From Escherichia phage vb_EcoM_bov11CS3, in sequence record MT884009.2: DNA of 64,000 bases; one strand, 5' to 3'. The translations under genes and the position numbers were made by a program. The first letter of the stretch is position 1, and each line of letters opens with the position of its first letter. The notes beneath the pieces are model-generated. The model was not told the origin of the DNA. It made no database searches and saw nothing but the letters and a program-made list of their open reading frames with translations. Below are positions 1-9,172 of this stretch, piece after piece.

Positions 1-542
1 GGCGGACGAAATGGGAATACTTCTCATTCTTATAATAATTCTCAAATATCGAGGCAGTGAGGCAAATTAATAGGCCAGGCCGTTCACACAGTGGCACAAC
101 ATTTGCAGCCTATCCTGTGTGGATGAATGAGAATACCTATCATTGTGAGAACTGTTATCATTACGGGCAATTTAACATAATACCCATTATGCGCACCACT
201 GGCGATACATACAGGGGTTGATAACATGAGTTACAGTTTACGCATATAACAATCATATTTCTTACTATTTGTGTGGGATATAGTTAGCAGCCAATAGATT
301 AGATATTGACCTGTGGACTTCCAACCGTCTAGACGTCTAAGCGCCCACACAACAAGGGTTATACATACATCGCTGAATGTAAACAGGGCCGCAAAAATGC
401 TACCATACAAGATTGTAAATTTTTCATGCGGCACTTGACAAAGAGGAGAAAAACTTGTCTGACACACTGGGCATACTCAACACACTGGATACAATAACAA
501 TTGTTACTATTGCATGCCTCACTGTTCACGCATAGATGATAA

Positions 543-821
543 GCCATGCCATTCGTTTGCATGATAACGATTAGCAAGTTAATAATCTTTCGCTGGCTAT
601 GCCAGGTGACTAGGTCACCCCTTCGGGTGTTTCTATGACATAATATAAAAGCAGGGCAACTATTAGAAGATCTATAGTTGCCTTGCTTGTTATGTCATGA
701 TTAACTAAATACAAGGCAACTATGATCTGATTAATAGTTTGCAGACAAACTATCACGGGGGTGATGGTTACTGCTTTTATATTATGTCGCGACTCCGTCG
801 CGCCATGCCATTCGTTTGCAT
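543..821. repeat. Composite palindromic element: 20-bp direct repeats (543-562, 802-821) flanking 18-bp inverted repeats (639-656, 771-788) and two 9-10-9 inverted-repeat sites (655-682, 715-742)
   Basis: Direct repeat gccatgccattcgtttgcat twice; inverted repeat gacataatataaaagcag/ctgcttttatattatgtc; half-site GGCAACTAT in inverted pairs with 10-bp spacers; extra palindrome ggtgactaggtcacc at 606-620. Confidence 0.7.
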
Positions 822-1437
822 AGTTGCCTTATTGTTACAGGTAAAATAATTACATTATTAATTATTTCTTATCTTTCTCTTAGTCATCTAATGATTCCAG
901 TCAGTATAGTAATGCACAGTAAACATTAGACGACTAAAGATTTCTCTGTTTATGATAACTCATCGTGATAATTTCGGACTGTTTACGAAAAATGTTGACA
1001 CCTGAGCTGATTTATGTTATGCAGTTTACACGAATAATTATTTTATGCAGGTATTGACTATTCCGTTATTCTGTGGTTGGAATAAATACTTTGCAGGCTA
1101 TAGAATGGCGTGCGTACGTGAATTCTGAGATCTGGCGGCTATAGTTATACTCGATTTTTCGCGTAGAACACGCTTTCGATGCTGTGTAAGTGTATGACTT
1201 ATAAAGATTTTTAGTTGTTGACAAGATATTGGAGATGTGCATCAGGTTAAAATTTGTGCAATAGCGGCATTACGTGCACTTTTGGGAGAGAAAACGGGTA
1301 AAAATGGACTTGCTACCACACAATGAAAAATTATGCAATAGTTATTTTCCATGTATATTTGTACAGTATGTGGGATTGATGGCTAGTCAATTATTCCACT
1401 TGCCAGGTAGGGCCGTTTATGGTAGGAGAAGAGCAGA

Positions 1438-1462
1438 CAAAAAGAAAGGGGCCTAAGCCCCT
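1438..1462 (-). terminator. Rho-independent terminator (minus-strand sense)
   Basis: Hairpin ggggc-ctaa-gcccc followed on the minus strand by a U-tract; immediately 3-prime of ORF 1482-1901. Confidence 0.6.
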
Positions 1463-1481
1463 TGATAATTCAGTTAAAAAA

Positions 1482-1901
1482 TTATAATGATTCGTATATT
1501 TCAAAAATCCGATTTGCCAGGTCGTTACGGTAGCGGAATTTTTCCTCACGTTTGATCATAAGATCTTTATAGCCGTACTCTTTAAGCACTTCATTAACTT
1601 TATGGCGGCATACTTTCATATTATCCTGCGCGTCACCAATAAATCTGTTGCTATGGTGCATGGCTTTAATTTCTTCTTCCAGGACCAGGGCAACTATGCG
1701 GACCGGATCAAGCTGATAGGCGGTAACATCCATGCGGCATTGTAAACGGCTTTTTACGTCTGCCACCGGATATACTGCAACCTCTTCCCCGTCAACATTG
1801 ACAATAATTAGTTTACCATCGATTTCGAATCCTTTCGCCGCCGGACCGTGACAAAAAGCGTTATCAAAGCTATATGCCGGATTATTAGATTTAATGTTCA
1901 T
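1482..1901 (-). CDS. hypothetical early protein (139 aa)
   Basis: ATG start, SD aagagg upstream, sigma70-like promoter at 1951-1978, terminator downstream. Confidence 0.6.
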   Translation of the reverse strand: MNIKSNNPAYSFDNAFCHGPAAKGFEIDGKLIIVNVDGEEVAVYPVADVKSRLQCRMDVTAYQLDPVRIVALVLEEEIKAMHHSNRFIGDAQDNMKVCRHKVNEVLKEYGYKDLMIKREEKFRYRNDLANRIFEIYESL

Positions 1902-1950
1902 GGTGTTTTTACCTCTTAGTTAATTTTCTTACAACTTCCCTTCAAAAAAG

Positions 1951-1978
1951 AATATAGCAAAACTGCCGATCCTTGTCA
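1951..1978 (-). promoter_or_regulatory. sigma70-like promoter (TTGACA-17-TATATT)
   Basis: Reverse complement of 1951-1978 reads attgacaaggatcggcagttttgctatatt. Confidence 0.6.
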
Positions 1979-2046
1979 ATAAGGATAGCATAATTTTTAT
2001 GTGATCAAGGGGCTTTATTGCCCCCCTGATCGTGCAACTTGTTGTA

Positions 2047-2310
2047 TTATTTGTTACTCATCCAGTTTTCCCAAGCTGCCTGATAATCTGCTTCACTGCG
2101 GCGGATCTCTTCTTGCTCTTCAAGTCGGATCTCTTCTTCCAGGTACCCCAGGATATCGGCTTTTTTGGTCTGGCGTAACATCCAATCATCTTTTTTACGG
2201 GTAAAGATCTTATATGCTTTCTCGCAAACCTCTTTTTTGCTACCTTTTTGGACTTCAAGAACTTTGTAGGCCATGTACTGAACTAGTTTGAGCTGATCAA
2301 GACGTTTCAT
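2047..2310 (-). CDS. hypothetical protein (87 aa)
   Basis: ATG start with SD; same strand as neighbours. Confidence 0.55.
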   Translation of the reverse strand: MKRLDQLKLVQYMAYKVLEVQKGSKKEVCEKAYKIFTRKKDDWMLRQTKKADILGYLEEEIRLEEQEEIRRSEADYQAAWENWMSNK

Positions 2311-2370
2311 GATGTTTACCTCTTTATGCGGTTCTGATTAGTGGGCCTTTTGGCCCGTGTCATTATCTTA

Positions 2371-2643
2371 TTACTTATGGCGGCAGAATTCAAGCGTTTT
2401 TAATTGATAATCTTCCTCAGCCTGGAGTACGACCGCCTCGATCATTTCGTTGGCATTGTTAAAGCCATAACCTTTAGCGAAATCATCCGCGCCACCTTCG
2501 TGATCATGTTCTGCGTTCATCGCTTCCACAAAATGGAATTCAAGATTATTGAGGTAAGGGCTTGATGTTCCGTCCTCTTTTTCGATGAGATCCCAAATAG
2601 CATTAAAACGTGATTCGACTTCTTGATTAATCCAGCTTGACAT
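2371..2643 (-). CDS. hypothetical acidic protein (90 aa)
   Basis: ATG start; GC hairpin in 5-prime leader. Confidence 0.55.
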   Translation of the reverse strand: MSSWINQEVESRFNAIWDLIEKEDGTSSPYLNNLEFHFVEAMNAEHDHEGGADDFAKGYGFNNANEMIEAVVLQAEEDYQLKTLEFCRHK

Positions 2644-2853
2644 GATGTTTTCCTCTCTTCTGGTTGTTGTGTGGGCACTTTTGCCCCTTCAAGATAATGT
2701 TACCCCACCCCATGGCAGATGTCAACGGTTTTTATAGTTCTTATATGACAGGCAGGCCCGGTGATTGTCTCCACCCGTCGCCAGGTGCCTGCCGTGTAAT
2801 AAGTATAACAAAAAACAGGACCATAGCAAGCCCTGTTTTGTAGTTTATAAATA

Positions 2854-3045
2854 TTATATTTTTTCGCCTATGTAGTCCGGTCGGTTTTTCTCTGTCATGC
2901 GCTTTAGCAATTCTTGCATGTTACTTATGGCTTGTAGCGTATCCTCTTCCAGACTTGAATCAACATAATCAGGATCGTCTATAACCTTTCTATGATTATG
3001 ATAACGCAGTACCGCCAATACCTTTCTAACTTGTTCGATATTCAT
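2854..3045 (-). CDS. hypothetical protein (63 aa)
   Basis: ATG start; track ORF. Confidence 0.5.
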   Translation of the reverse strand: MNIEQVRKVLAVLRYHNHRKVIDDPDYVDSSLEEDTLQAISNMQELLKRMTEKNRPDYIGEKI

Positions 3046-3057
3046 TTTTATCGCTCT

Positions 3058-3192
3058 TTAAAACAAGGTGCCAACCGTTTCCAATAGATCACTGACTACA
3101 AGGACAATACTGATCAGCACATATCTAACCATAAGGGGGAAGAGCGCCAGCGATCCCGCCACAATCCCCAAGGTGATAATTATCTTTCTCAT
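3058..3192 (-). CDS. small hydrophobic peptide (44 aa), not in ORF track
   Basis: ATG 2 nt after the stop of upstream gene; predicted transmembrane peptide MRKIIITLGIVAGSLALFPL... Confidence 0.3.
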   Translation of the reverse strand: MRKIIITLGIVAGSLALFPLMVRYVLISIVLVVSDLLETVGTLF

Positions 3193-3194
3193 GG

Positions 3195-3479
3195 TTAACG
3201 GTTCACGTAAGTTTTCCCGTTTACGGTGATGGGCAGATCCTCCAGGTCTGGATCTTCCTTAAGGTCGCGAGCAAGTTCACCGCACCGGACACCCTCGAAT
3301 CCGTAGTACTCTGTTGTACCGTCATTAAAAGTTTTAGCGGCAAGGCATAAGCGATAAGTAACCCCGATTTGATTGACGGCATGAATATCCGTTAGATTAA
3401 CCTCTTTTGCCAGCTCTTTAGCCATTACAGGCGCATTAAGTCCAACAACCAGGGCAACCACTGCGATCATCTTTTTCAT
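3195..3479 (-). CDS. small secreted protein with N-terminal signal peptide (94 aa)
   Basis: N-terminus MKKMIAVVALVVGLNAPVMA resembles a Sec signal peptide. Confidence 0.55.
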   Translation of the reverse strand: MKKMIAVVALVVGLNAPVMAKELAKEVNLTDIHAVNQIGVTYRLCLAAKTFNDGTTEYYGFEGVRCGELARDLKEDPDLEDLPITVNGKTYVNR

Positions 3480-3567
3480 TGTGTCTATCCTCTTTCTGCT
3501 ACGTTTAAGGCGGCAACCGCCTGTTTATGCTTTGTTGGTTAATTTTCGGGTATCGGTATAAATTAAA

Positions 3568-3783
3568 CTATGCTGTACGCTCAACTATAACAACGGCTTG
3601 AGGGATCTCACCTTCCACCACTATCAAGGCTTTTTTCTGCGTAATGGATATCTTTACCCGCTTCAGCGTGGCGGTAAAGTCTTTCATTTCGTCGCGTGGT
3701 GTTTTAGTGCAATGCCAGATCTCAGGCTTACCTATTTGCAAGCCGCGTAAAAATTCTGTTTTGCCTGTTTTGTTAGTGATCAT
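3568..3783 (-). CDS. hypothetical protein (71 aa)
   Basis: ATG start; track ORF. Confidence 0.5.
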   Translation of the reverse strand: MITNKTGKTEFLRGLQIGKPEIWHCTKTPRDEMKDFTATLKRVKISITQKKALIVVEGEIPQAVVIVERTA

Positions 3784-3792
3784 TTGCCAACC

Positions 3793-3897
3793 TCACCTGA
3801 TACCGTTGGAAGACAAGATCACATTAGCCATGGTTGCAATCAGGCCAATACCCAGGGCAATAACCAGGATCACCGCATCAATTAATTTCTGTTTCAT
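3793..3897 (-). CDS. small hydrophobic peptide (34 aa), not in ORF track
   Basis: ATG preceded by SD aagagg; sequence MKQKLIDAVILVIALGIGLIATMANVILSSNGIR. Confidence 0.3.
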   Translation of the reverse strand: MKQKLIDAVILVIALGIGLIATMANVILSSNGIR

Positions 3898-3987
3898 TTT
3901 GTTTTCCTCTTCTTGTTCCAGGTGGCGGACCATTCCACCGCCTTATGTATTATGCTTTGTAAGATGGTTGTTTGTTTTCAAACTATT

Positions 3988-4167
3988 TTAACGATAATCA
4001 TCGTACGCTTTATTAACCTGGCGAATATAACATTCAAAAGCCAGATCAATAGATTTATATTCACGGATATACTCACCATAGGAAACCGCATACATTTCTA
4101 TAGCTTCCTCATATGCGAGGAGAATAGAATCCAAGCCTACGATCTCAGTCTTTGCAATAATAGCCAT
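3988..4167 (-). CDS. small protein (59 aa), not in ORF track
   Basis: ATG with SD aagagg; promoter-like TTGACA-16-TAGTAT at 4215-4242. Confidence 0.35.
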   Translation of the reverse strand: MAIIAKTEIVGLDSILLAYEEAIEMYAVSYGEYIREYKSIDLAFECYIRQVNKAYDDYR

Positions 4168-4214
4168 GATTTTTATCCTCTTTGTGGTTGGTGGGGCTTG
4201 CCCCTTTGATTTAT

Positions 4215-4242
4215 ATACTACAGTCTTATATGGTCATGTCAA
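4215..4242 (-). promoter_or_regulatory. sigma70-like promoter (TTGACA-16-TAGTAT)
   Basis: Hexamers read from reverse complement. Confidence 0.45.
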
Positions 4243-4472
4243 CTATTTTCAAAAAATTTTTCTGCTGTAATATTTTTCCCGGTAGGGTTCGCTACTTTCA
4301 AAATTCTATCATGCACCGGACGCCCAAAAGAATAAGCGCCGTACACAGTAAACCAATAATCGCCGTCAGGCTGTACTATTACCGCCGCATATGGTACGCC
4401 TTTTTCGTTTTTGCTGACAAAATAGATCACATTGCCATTAATAGCCTCAGCGCGTTTAATTTGTTCCATCAT
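4239..4472 (-). CDS. hypothetical protein (77 aa)
   Basis: ATG start; track ORF. Confidence 0.5.
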   Translation of the reverse strand: MMEQIKRAEAINGNVIYFVSKNEKGVPYAAVIVQPDGDYWFTVYGAYSFGRPVHDRILKVANPTGKNITAEKFFENS

Positions 4473-4526
4473 GATGATTTACCTCTCTTTATTTTCATAA
4501 TTGGGGCCTTTTCGGCCCCGCCAGGT

Positions 4527-4811
4527 TTATTTATTGATAGCGTGCAGCGGGAAAGGTACGCCAGGTTGATAGATAACTTTTACAACCTCATCAGGGCAAA
4601 AGAAATTGCAGAATTCCCCCTGATAAGCCTCATCCTCTTTCAATTCTTCATCAACATACTCAAAAAAGTAGTCGATGCTTGGATAATCCTGGCCGGGATT
4701 ATAGTCTACCATCGTTAATAACAATTCTTGATCATTCCGTAGGATATGCATACCCGCTTTTAAGTATTTTGCTTCCATTTCCACTACATCGCCAACGGTG
4801 ACAATAGCCAT
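4527..4811 (-). CDS. hypothetical acidic protein (94 aa)
   Basis: ATG start; track ORF. Confidence 0.55.
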   Translation of the reverse strand: MAIVTVGDVVEMEAKYLKAGMHILRNDQELLLTMVDYNPGQDYPSIDYFFEYVDEELKEDEAYQGEFCNFFCPDEVVKVIYQPGVPFPLHAINK

Positions 4812-5037
4812 GATTTTAACTCCTATCTATCCGGTTAATGATTGGGGGGCCGCCCCCACTGACACGTCCTATTATCCATATTGTAGGACTTGATGCAAGT
4901 ACTTCTTTAAAAATTTTTTAAGCGCCTTGGGGCCGCTGTAACGCTAAAATAATAAAGGCCATGCAACCGCATAGCCTTTATGTGATTATATCGCTGCAGG
5001 CCCTGCTAGGGGCCTTATTTTGCATCATTTGCCGGAA

Positions 5038-5337
5038 TTATTCAGAGAAAACATCGTTCACAATGGCTATAACAATGCCGTTCACCTTGTCACGGTCAAC
5101 AATGCACAAATCACCATAGATCATGTGGTAGTCTGGATGATCTTTGACGGAATAGTCGATAAGTGTTTTCTTGTCATCCAGCTTACTAACTTCCATTCTC
5201 ATAACGATATGAGAATCATCAAAGGCATTATTCCGAAAAGTCATAACCTGACCACCAGGGCACCCGGTGATTTCCACCTCCACGCCGTCTACGATCTGAC
5301 CATCAAAGAAATAAAGATTATTAGCCTGGATAAACAT
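5038..5337 (-). CDS. hypothetical protein (about 99 aa; track start 5358 is GTG)
   Basis: Internal ATG with SD aaggag preferred over GTG. Confidence 0.45.
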   Translation of the reverse strand: MFIQANNLYFFDGQIVDGVEVEITGCPGGQVMTFRNNAFDDSHIVMRMEVSKLDDKKTLIDYSVKDHPDYHMIYGDLCIVDRDKVNGIVIAIVNDVFSE

Positions 5338-5381
5338 GATCATTACTCCTTTTTGCACTGATTATTTTAACAGGGTTTAAA

Positions 5382-5425
5382 TTTACTTTATTGATGGCCC
5401 TGGAGTCAAGGCCATCTAAAAATAA
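5382..5425 (-). repeat. 44-bp repeat copy A: promoter-like element with palindrome GATGGCC-N10-GGCCATC
   Basis: Near-identical to copies at 9127-9170 and 9748-9791; minus strand reads TTGACT-N18-TAAATT. Confidence 0.7.
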
Positions 5426-5428
5426 ATT

Positions 5429-5629
5429 TTACAGGCCTACAATCTCTTTAATTCGTTTTACTGCTGCCTCAGCGCCTTGAGGGTAAAAATTATGGTAACC
5501 AATCACGCGAGTGATACTAATCGCCGTTTGATGATCTTCATAATACCCCTTGAATATTTCTTGACCATCAACCAGCACAGCAATTTTTTCTTCTTTTTTG
5601 AAGTTAATAACGCGGATATTGTTGCTCAT
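5429..5629 (-). CDS. hypothetical protein (66 aa)
   Basis: ATG start with SD; hairpin ggggag-tgt-ctcccc in leader. Confidence 0.5.
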   Translation of the reverse strand: MSNNIRVINFKKEEKIAVLVDGQEIFKGYYEDHQTAISITRVIGYHNFYPQGAEAAVKRIKEIVGL

Positions 5630-5730
5630 TTTGTTTCCCCTTCTGGAACTTTGTCTGTGTGGTGGGGAGTGTCTCCCCGTTGATTGTTATTATCCATATT
5701 CAGGACCGGATTGCAACACCCCGGAAGAAA

Positions 5731-5770
5731 AATTTTTTGAAAAAAGTTAGGCCCCCAGGGATCGGGGGCC
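5731..5770 (-). terminator. Rho-independent terminator (minus-strand sense)
   Basis: Hairpin ggcccccagggatcgggggcc followed on the minus strand by a U-rich tract. Confidence 0.55.
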
Positions 5771-5914
5771 GTTATCAGTTACTTACAGAGATAAAATACA
5801 TCCCTACGCCTAACAATATTTCAAGGGCGATGATCTCAAGCCATACCATAACACGGCGCACCTTATCAGCGCATGGCTTATCCTTGGTTGTCATCGTCTC
5901 CCCCTTCCCTCCTG

Positions 5915-6136
5915 TTAGTAGTGACGTGGTTTACAATGGCCCCCAGGAGTCCTATCACCACGCACACCACAAGAAAAATTATCTCCGCTGTTGTTCGATC
6001 CATTGTTATAAAATTCCTCAAGATCAGGCCTGAAAATAAAGCGTTCGTTATTGAATCCGTCACGCCAGGCGGCTGGCTTCAAATCTTCACTAAAGGGATT
6101 AATTAACGTGGCGTTATTTAAACGGCTGGTCCACAT
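5915..6136 (-). CDS. hypothetical protein (about 73 aa; alternative overlapping frame 5878-6063 exists)
   Basis: ATG with SD gagagga; the track start is TTG. Confidence 0.3.
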   Translation of the reverse strand: MWTSRLNNATLINPFSEDLKPAAWRDGFNNERFIFRPDLEEFYNNGSNNSGDNFSCGVRGDRTPGGHCKPRHY

Positions 6137-6486
6137 ATTTTCTATTCCTCTCAAATAGGCGATCCGCCTCAGTTAAACATATCTCATGGGCTTGGTCTCT
6201 GGTTTTAGCCTCATCAAAAACCTGTTGTGCCAGGCTGCAGCGTAGGGAGACTGGAAGATCACTATAATAGGCGTTGACAAACGTTTGTGCGTCATACAGG
6301 TCGGAAAACACTTTACCCTTTCTATTATCGCCCTTGTCAACAATTGCAAGGATAACCAATACAATAGTTGCAACCACTCCCAGGAAAATAGATATAACAA
6401 ACCATAGAAAAGCGGATCTACCTATCTTGCCAGCGATCCAGGCGTTGAACAAGGCAACTACTACAGCCAAAATAATAAATTCCATT
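6114..6486 (-). CDS. small membrane protein (about 123 aa, two predicted TM segments)
   Basis: Internal ATG with SD agagg chosen; the track start 6620 overlaps the upstream gene by 70 nt. Confidence 0.5.
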
Positions 6487-6549
6487 CTATGTACCTCTTT
6501 TGCAGTTCTGTTTAACAATAAGGCGGCAAATATGCCGCCTGTTACCTGA

Positions 6550-6930
6550 TTAAAAATTATCGCCGTAAATCTTTCCGCTTTCTGCCCACACCACCACGCG
6601 GGGCATGTTATCCCATACATCTTGTTTCAGATTTAACGCGTGCAATTCTTCGGTGGTGCTCATACCAGGCACGGGCTGATTGTATACTGCAAAACGACCA
6701 CCTGCATAATCATAGGCCAGAGTTAAATCACACTGAATCATCTTTTTGATCATGGCGTTAAGCATAGCGTTAGCCGCATACTGGTCACGTTTTAAAGGCA
6801 ACTCTTTGATTAGTTTGCGATAGTTTTCGATATGGTCGCACACTGTTTCACGTGGAAGATCTTTCATATCTTCACGGAATGTAACCAGGTTAAACATAAC
6901 GGTGTCAATAGCTTTAGTAGTGTTTTTCAT
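6550..6930 (-). CDS. hypothetical protein (126 aa)
   Basis: ATG start; promoter 6985-7012 and 8-bp hairpin in leader. Confidence 0.55.
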   Translation of the reverse strand: MKNTTKAIDTVMFNLVTFREDMKDLPRETVCDHIENYRKLIKELPLKRDQYAANAMLNAMIKKMIQCDLTLAYDYAGGRFAVYNQPVPGMSTTEELHALNLKQDVWDNMPRVVVWAESGKIYGDNF

Positions 6931-6984
6931 GATGTTTTCCTCTTTGTTTTGTGTGGGGGCAAACGTCTTGCCCCCTTGAGTTTT

Positions 6985-7012
6985 AATATAGCAGGTTTTT
7001 AGGTTATTGCAA
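6985..7012 (-). promoter_or_regulatory. sigma70-like promoter (TTGCAA-16-TATATT)
   Basis: Hexamers read from reverse complement; followed by hairpin gggggcaa-acgtc-ttgccccc. Confidence 0.5.
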
Positions 7013-7020
7013 CACTTTAT

Positions 7021-7644
7021 TTATGAAAAAGTCATCTCACCATATTCATCGACATCAAACCGCCAATCATTGGCCTCGATAAGGCCGATCAGGTTTTCTG
7101 CGGTGAACTGTTCTAGATAGGCCTCCTCCAGGTCTACGTAAACCTTGCGGGATAGCTCCCGTACCGTCTCGGTGATCAGTTCTTCCAGGTCTTCCACTTT
7201 GTTTTCTTGTTTGGCGGTCAGATCTAGCCAAGTGGTATCAATGTACCCGCTTACAGTGTTTTCATGGCTGTAATGGCTGTACTTGTCGCGTTCAACACTG
7301 GCTGATAACTCGCCATCGTGCATTGTGCCGAACAAGTGACGAATTGATCGGAACTTGGTCAGGGCCTTTACTTTACGCAAAAATTTTTCTAAATCCACGT
7401 TTTCAGCACTGATTGACGCGCCGTCACCCTGGCACCAAAAGCCGGACCAATGTACTTCGGTATCTTCAAGGCCGTACTCTGGAAAGATATATTCTTTGTA
7501 GTGTTCAATTACACTTTCTGCAAAAAAGTCATCCCCGCTGTGTTCTTCTCTTTCGCGTACCATTTCAATGGCTTTTTCTTTTTGTTCGTCGGTCAGCACG
7601 TCGAAAGATAAATTGTAACCTGTGGTAATGTTAACGGTGGTCAT
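7021..7644 (-). CDS. acidic protein of unknown function (207 aa)
   Basis: Strongly acidic composition; ATG start; promoter 7702-7729. Confidence 0.6.
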   Translation of the reverse strand: MTTVNITTGYNLSFDVLTDEQKEKAIEMVREREEHSGDDFFAESVIEHYKEYIFPEYGLEDTEVHWSGFWCQGDGASISAENVDLEKFLRKVKALTKFRSIRHLFGTMHDGELSASVERDKYSHYSHENTVSGYIDTTWLDLTAKQENKVEDLEELITETVRELSRKVYVDLEEAYLEQFTAENLIGLIEANDWRFDVDEYGEMTFS

Positions 7645-7701
7645 GATATTTTCTCCTGTTTTCTTTGTTAGTGGCGGTAAGTTTTCCCGCCTGTGTGTTT
7701 A

Positions 7702-7729
7702 ATTATACTTATTGAGATTTACTTGTCAA
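7702..7729 (-). promoter_or_regulatory. sigma70-like promoter (TTGACA-16-TATAAT)
   Basis: Consensus hexamers read from reverse complement. Confidence 0.6.
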
Positions 7730-7979
7730 CACTATTTTTTAAATTATTGTGGCGCAAAATGTTTAAAATCTCCTCAACGTCATCAACACGGCGGCAATTT
7801 TTAAACGCTACCAATTGCCCCATGATTTTAATCACTGGGCGGCCTTGCCAGTGCCCCTGGAGAAAGCGCGCCTTGACTTTATCGGTGGAACTATCACGCC
7901 ACCAAATGGCCTTGTTGTTGCAGTAGTAAAAATTATTCAGGACAACATCAACTTTATCAAAATTTTTTAATTTACGCAT
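7719..7979 (-). CDS. hypothetical protein (86 aa)
   Basis: ATG start; promoter 8011-8038. Confidence 0.5.
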   Translation of the reverse strand: MRKLKNFDKVDVVLNNFYYCNNKAIWWRDSSTDKVKARFLQGHWQGRPVIKIMGQLVAFKNCRRVDDVEEILNILRHNNLKNSVDK

Positions 7980-8010
7980 GGCGTTTACTCCTTTCTCTCT
8001 TTGATGTGGT

Positions 8011-8038
8011 TAGTATAGCTAACCTGTTTAAGATGTCA
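8011..8038 (-). promoter_or_regulatory. sigma70-like promoter (TTGACA-16-TATACT)
   Basis: Hexamers read from reverse complement. Confidence 0.55.
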
Positions 8039-8183
8039 AGCTTTAAATAAAATCACTGTCAATGATATTTTTAACGCCATAAAACGGCCCTAAGCGATGT
8101 TTTCAGGTTAAAGGGGGGCGATTGCATAGGTGGGGCCTTTTTGGCGCTTACAGGGCCAACCAGGGGCGCTATTCGTAGGATAG

Positions 8184-8212
8184 AAATAAAAAGCCCCGCA
8201 CAATGGCGGGGC
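8184..8212 (-). terminator. Rho-independent terminator (minus-strand sense)
   Basis: Hairpin gccccgc-acaatg-gcggggc followed on the minus strand by a U-tract; 3-prime of gene 8221-8418. Confidence 0.65.
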
Positions 8213-8220
8213 GTTGGTTG

Positions 8221-8418
8221 TTATTTGTCTTTATGGCGGTATCGTTCTGCCTGTCGTTCACGTTCCAAAAGTAGGCCAGGCAATTTACGATCATAATGAT
8301 TTCGCCAGATCTTTCCAAATCTTTTTGGCTTATTCAGTTTATTGTTACGCTGGCGTCGTTCCGGCAGCTCTTCGGAATCATGAGATCGCTTTACAATCTT
8401 CTCAAAATTAATCTTCAT
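8221..8418 (-). CDS. small highly basic protein (about 65 aa; track start 8442 is TTG)
   Basis: ATG with SD aagggggg; Arg/Lys-rich. Confidence 0.45.
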   Translation of the reverse strand: MKINFEKIVKRSHDSEELPERRQRNNKLNKPKRFGKIWRNHYDRKLPGLLLERERQAERYRHKDK

Positions 8419-8779
8419 ATATTCCCCCCTTGCTAACTTCAATATTGGCCTGAATAGCCCGGATACGCCGTTTTATAACCTCCTGATCCTTGCAATCATA
8501 TCCCCAAAAGTCTACGATTTTTGCGCCTCCAGCCTTTAGGCGGTATAGTGTTTCTTGCATCTTGTAGGCCGGGATCGGTCGCGGTGTTACCTGGTCGCCC
8601 TTCTCATTCTTGTACTTAATAATGTAGTCTTCATTGTCGTTGAATATCCAAAATGGGTATTCTGTGAGCGCGTTGCTCTCTTTTTCGTTTTTAGATTGGA
8701 TCTTGTTTACAATTAAAGCCGTAGCAATAGCGCCAATAATAAAACTTGCCCCACTGATCATGTTACTTTCTCCTTTCAT
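8408..8779 (-). CDS. membrane-anchored protein (123 aa)
   Basis: N-terminal hydrophobic segment; ATG start. Confidence 0.55.
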   Translation of the reverse strand: MKGESNMISGASFIIGAIATALIVNKIQSKNEKESNALTEYPFWIFNDNEDYIIKYKNEKGDQVTPRPIPAYKMQETLYRLKAGGAKIVDFWGYDCKDQEVIKRRIRAIQANIEVSKGGIYED

Positions 8780-8837
8780 TGTATTGATAAACTATCTTTA
8801 TAGATGGCCCTGCTACCAGGACCACCGAAAAAACAGT

Positions 8838-9083
8838 TTATTTGACGATACCGACAAAACAGATCCCGCCTTCCCCTATATAGGCAATATCGGTAATTTT
8901 ATAATTTGTCAAGATCCGCGTGTTCAGCTCATTAATAAAATCTGTCATCGCGTTGGTGTAGTTGTCTTCCGTGTCTAAGGCATAATCCCAGGTGTAAACC
9001 TTTTTACGTCCGAAGCCTTTTACCATGATACGGGCGCTTTTGGTGTTGGTAGGGGCATAATATTTGGTGATTAGTGCTGCCAT
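8838..9083 (-). CDS. hypothetical protein (81 aa)
   Basis: ATG start; preceded by 44-bp promoter repeat copy B. Confidence 0.5.
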   Translation of the reverse strand: MAALITKYYAPTNTKSARIMVKGFGRKKVYTWDYALDTEDNYTNAMTDFINELNTRILTNYKITDIAYIGEGGICFVGIVK

Positions 9084-9126
9084 GGTTTTAACTCCTATGC
9101 ATTAGTTCAGTGTTAACAGTATAAAG

Positions 9127-9170
9127 TTTACTTTATTGATGGCCCTGGAGTCAAGGCCATCTAAAAATAA
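9127..9170 (-). repeat. 44-bp repeat copy B: promoter-like element with palindrome
   Basis: Minus strand reads TTGACT-N17-TAAACT; palindrome GATGGCC/GGCCATC flanks the -35 hexamer. Confidence 0.7.
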
Positions 9171-9172
9171 TC

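Noticed and set aside
1274-1456. 60-aa plus-strand ORF upstream of the first minus-strand gene
   Set aside because: It has a GTG start with no convincing ribosome-binding site and opposes the local transcription direction; the nearby hairpin has its U-tract on the minus strand only.
3644-3991. Plus-strand ORFs inside the minus-strand blocks (for example 3644-3991, 10431-11030, 16444-17061, 21834-22265, 50514-51278)
   Set aside because: They are antisense to well-supported genes, lack ribosome-binding sites and have low-complexity or hydrophobic translations; treated as frame shadows.
5382-5425. The 44-bp repeats read as rho-independent terminators
   Set aside because: The hairpin is preceded by a T-rich tract and followed by an A-rich tract on both strands, so there is no U-tract after the stem in either direction. 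Sigma70-like hexamers fit better.
7021-7644. ArdA anti-restriction protein assignment
   Set aside because: Only the acidic composition is shared; I could not align conserved ArdA motifs by eye, so it is kept as an unassigned acidic protein.
8040-8183. Possible tRNA or small structured RNA between promoter 8011-8038 and terminator 8184-8212
   Set aside because: No T-loop (GGTTCGAATCC-like) or cloverleaf pairing could be found by eye. Not excluded; a tRNA search tool would be decisive.
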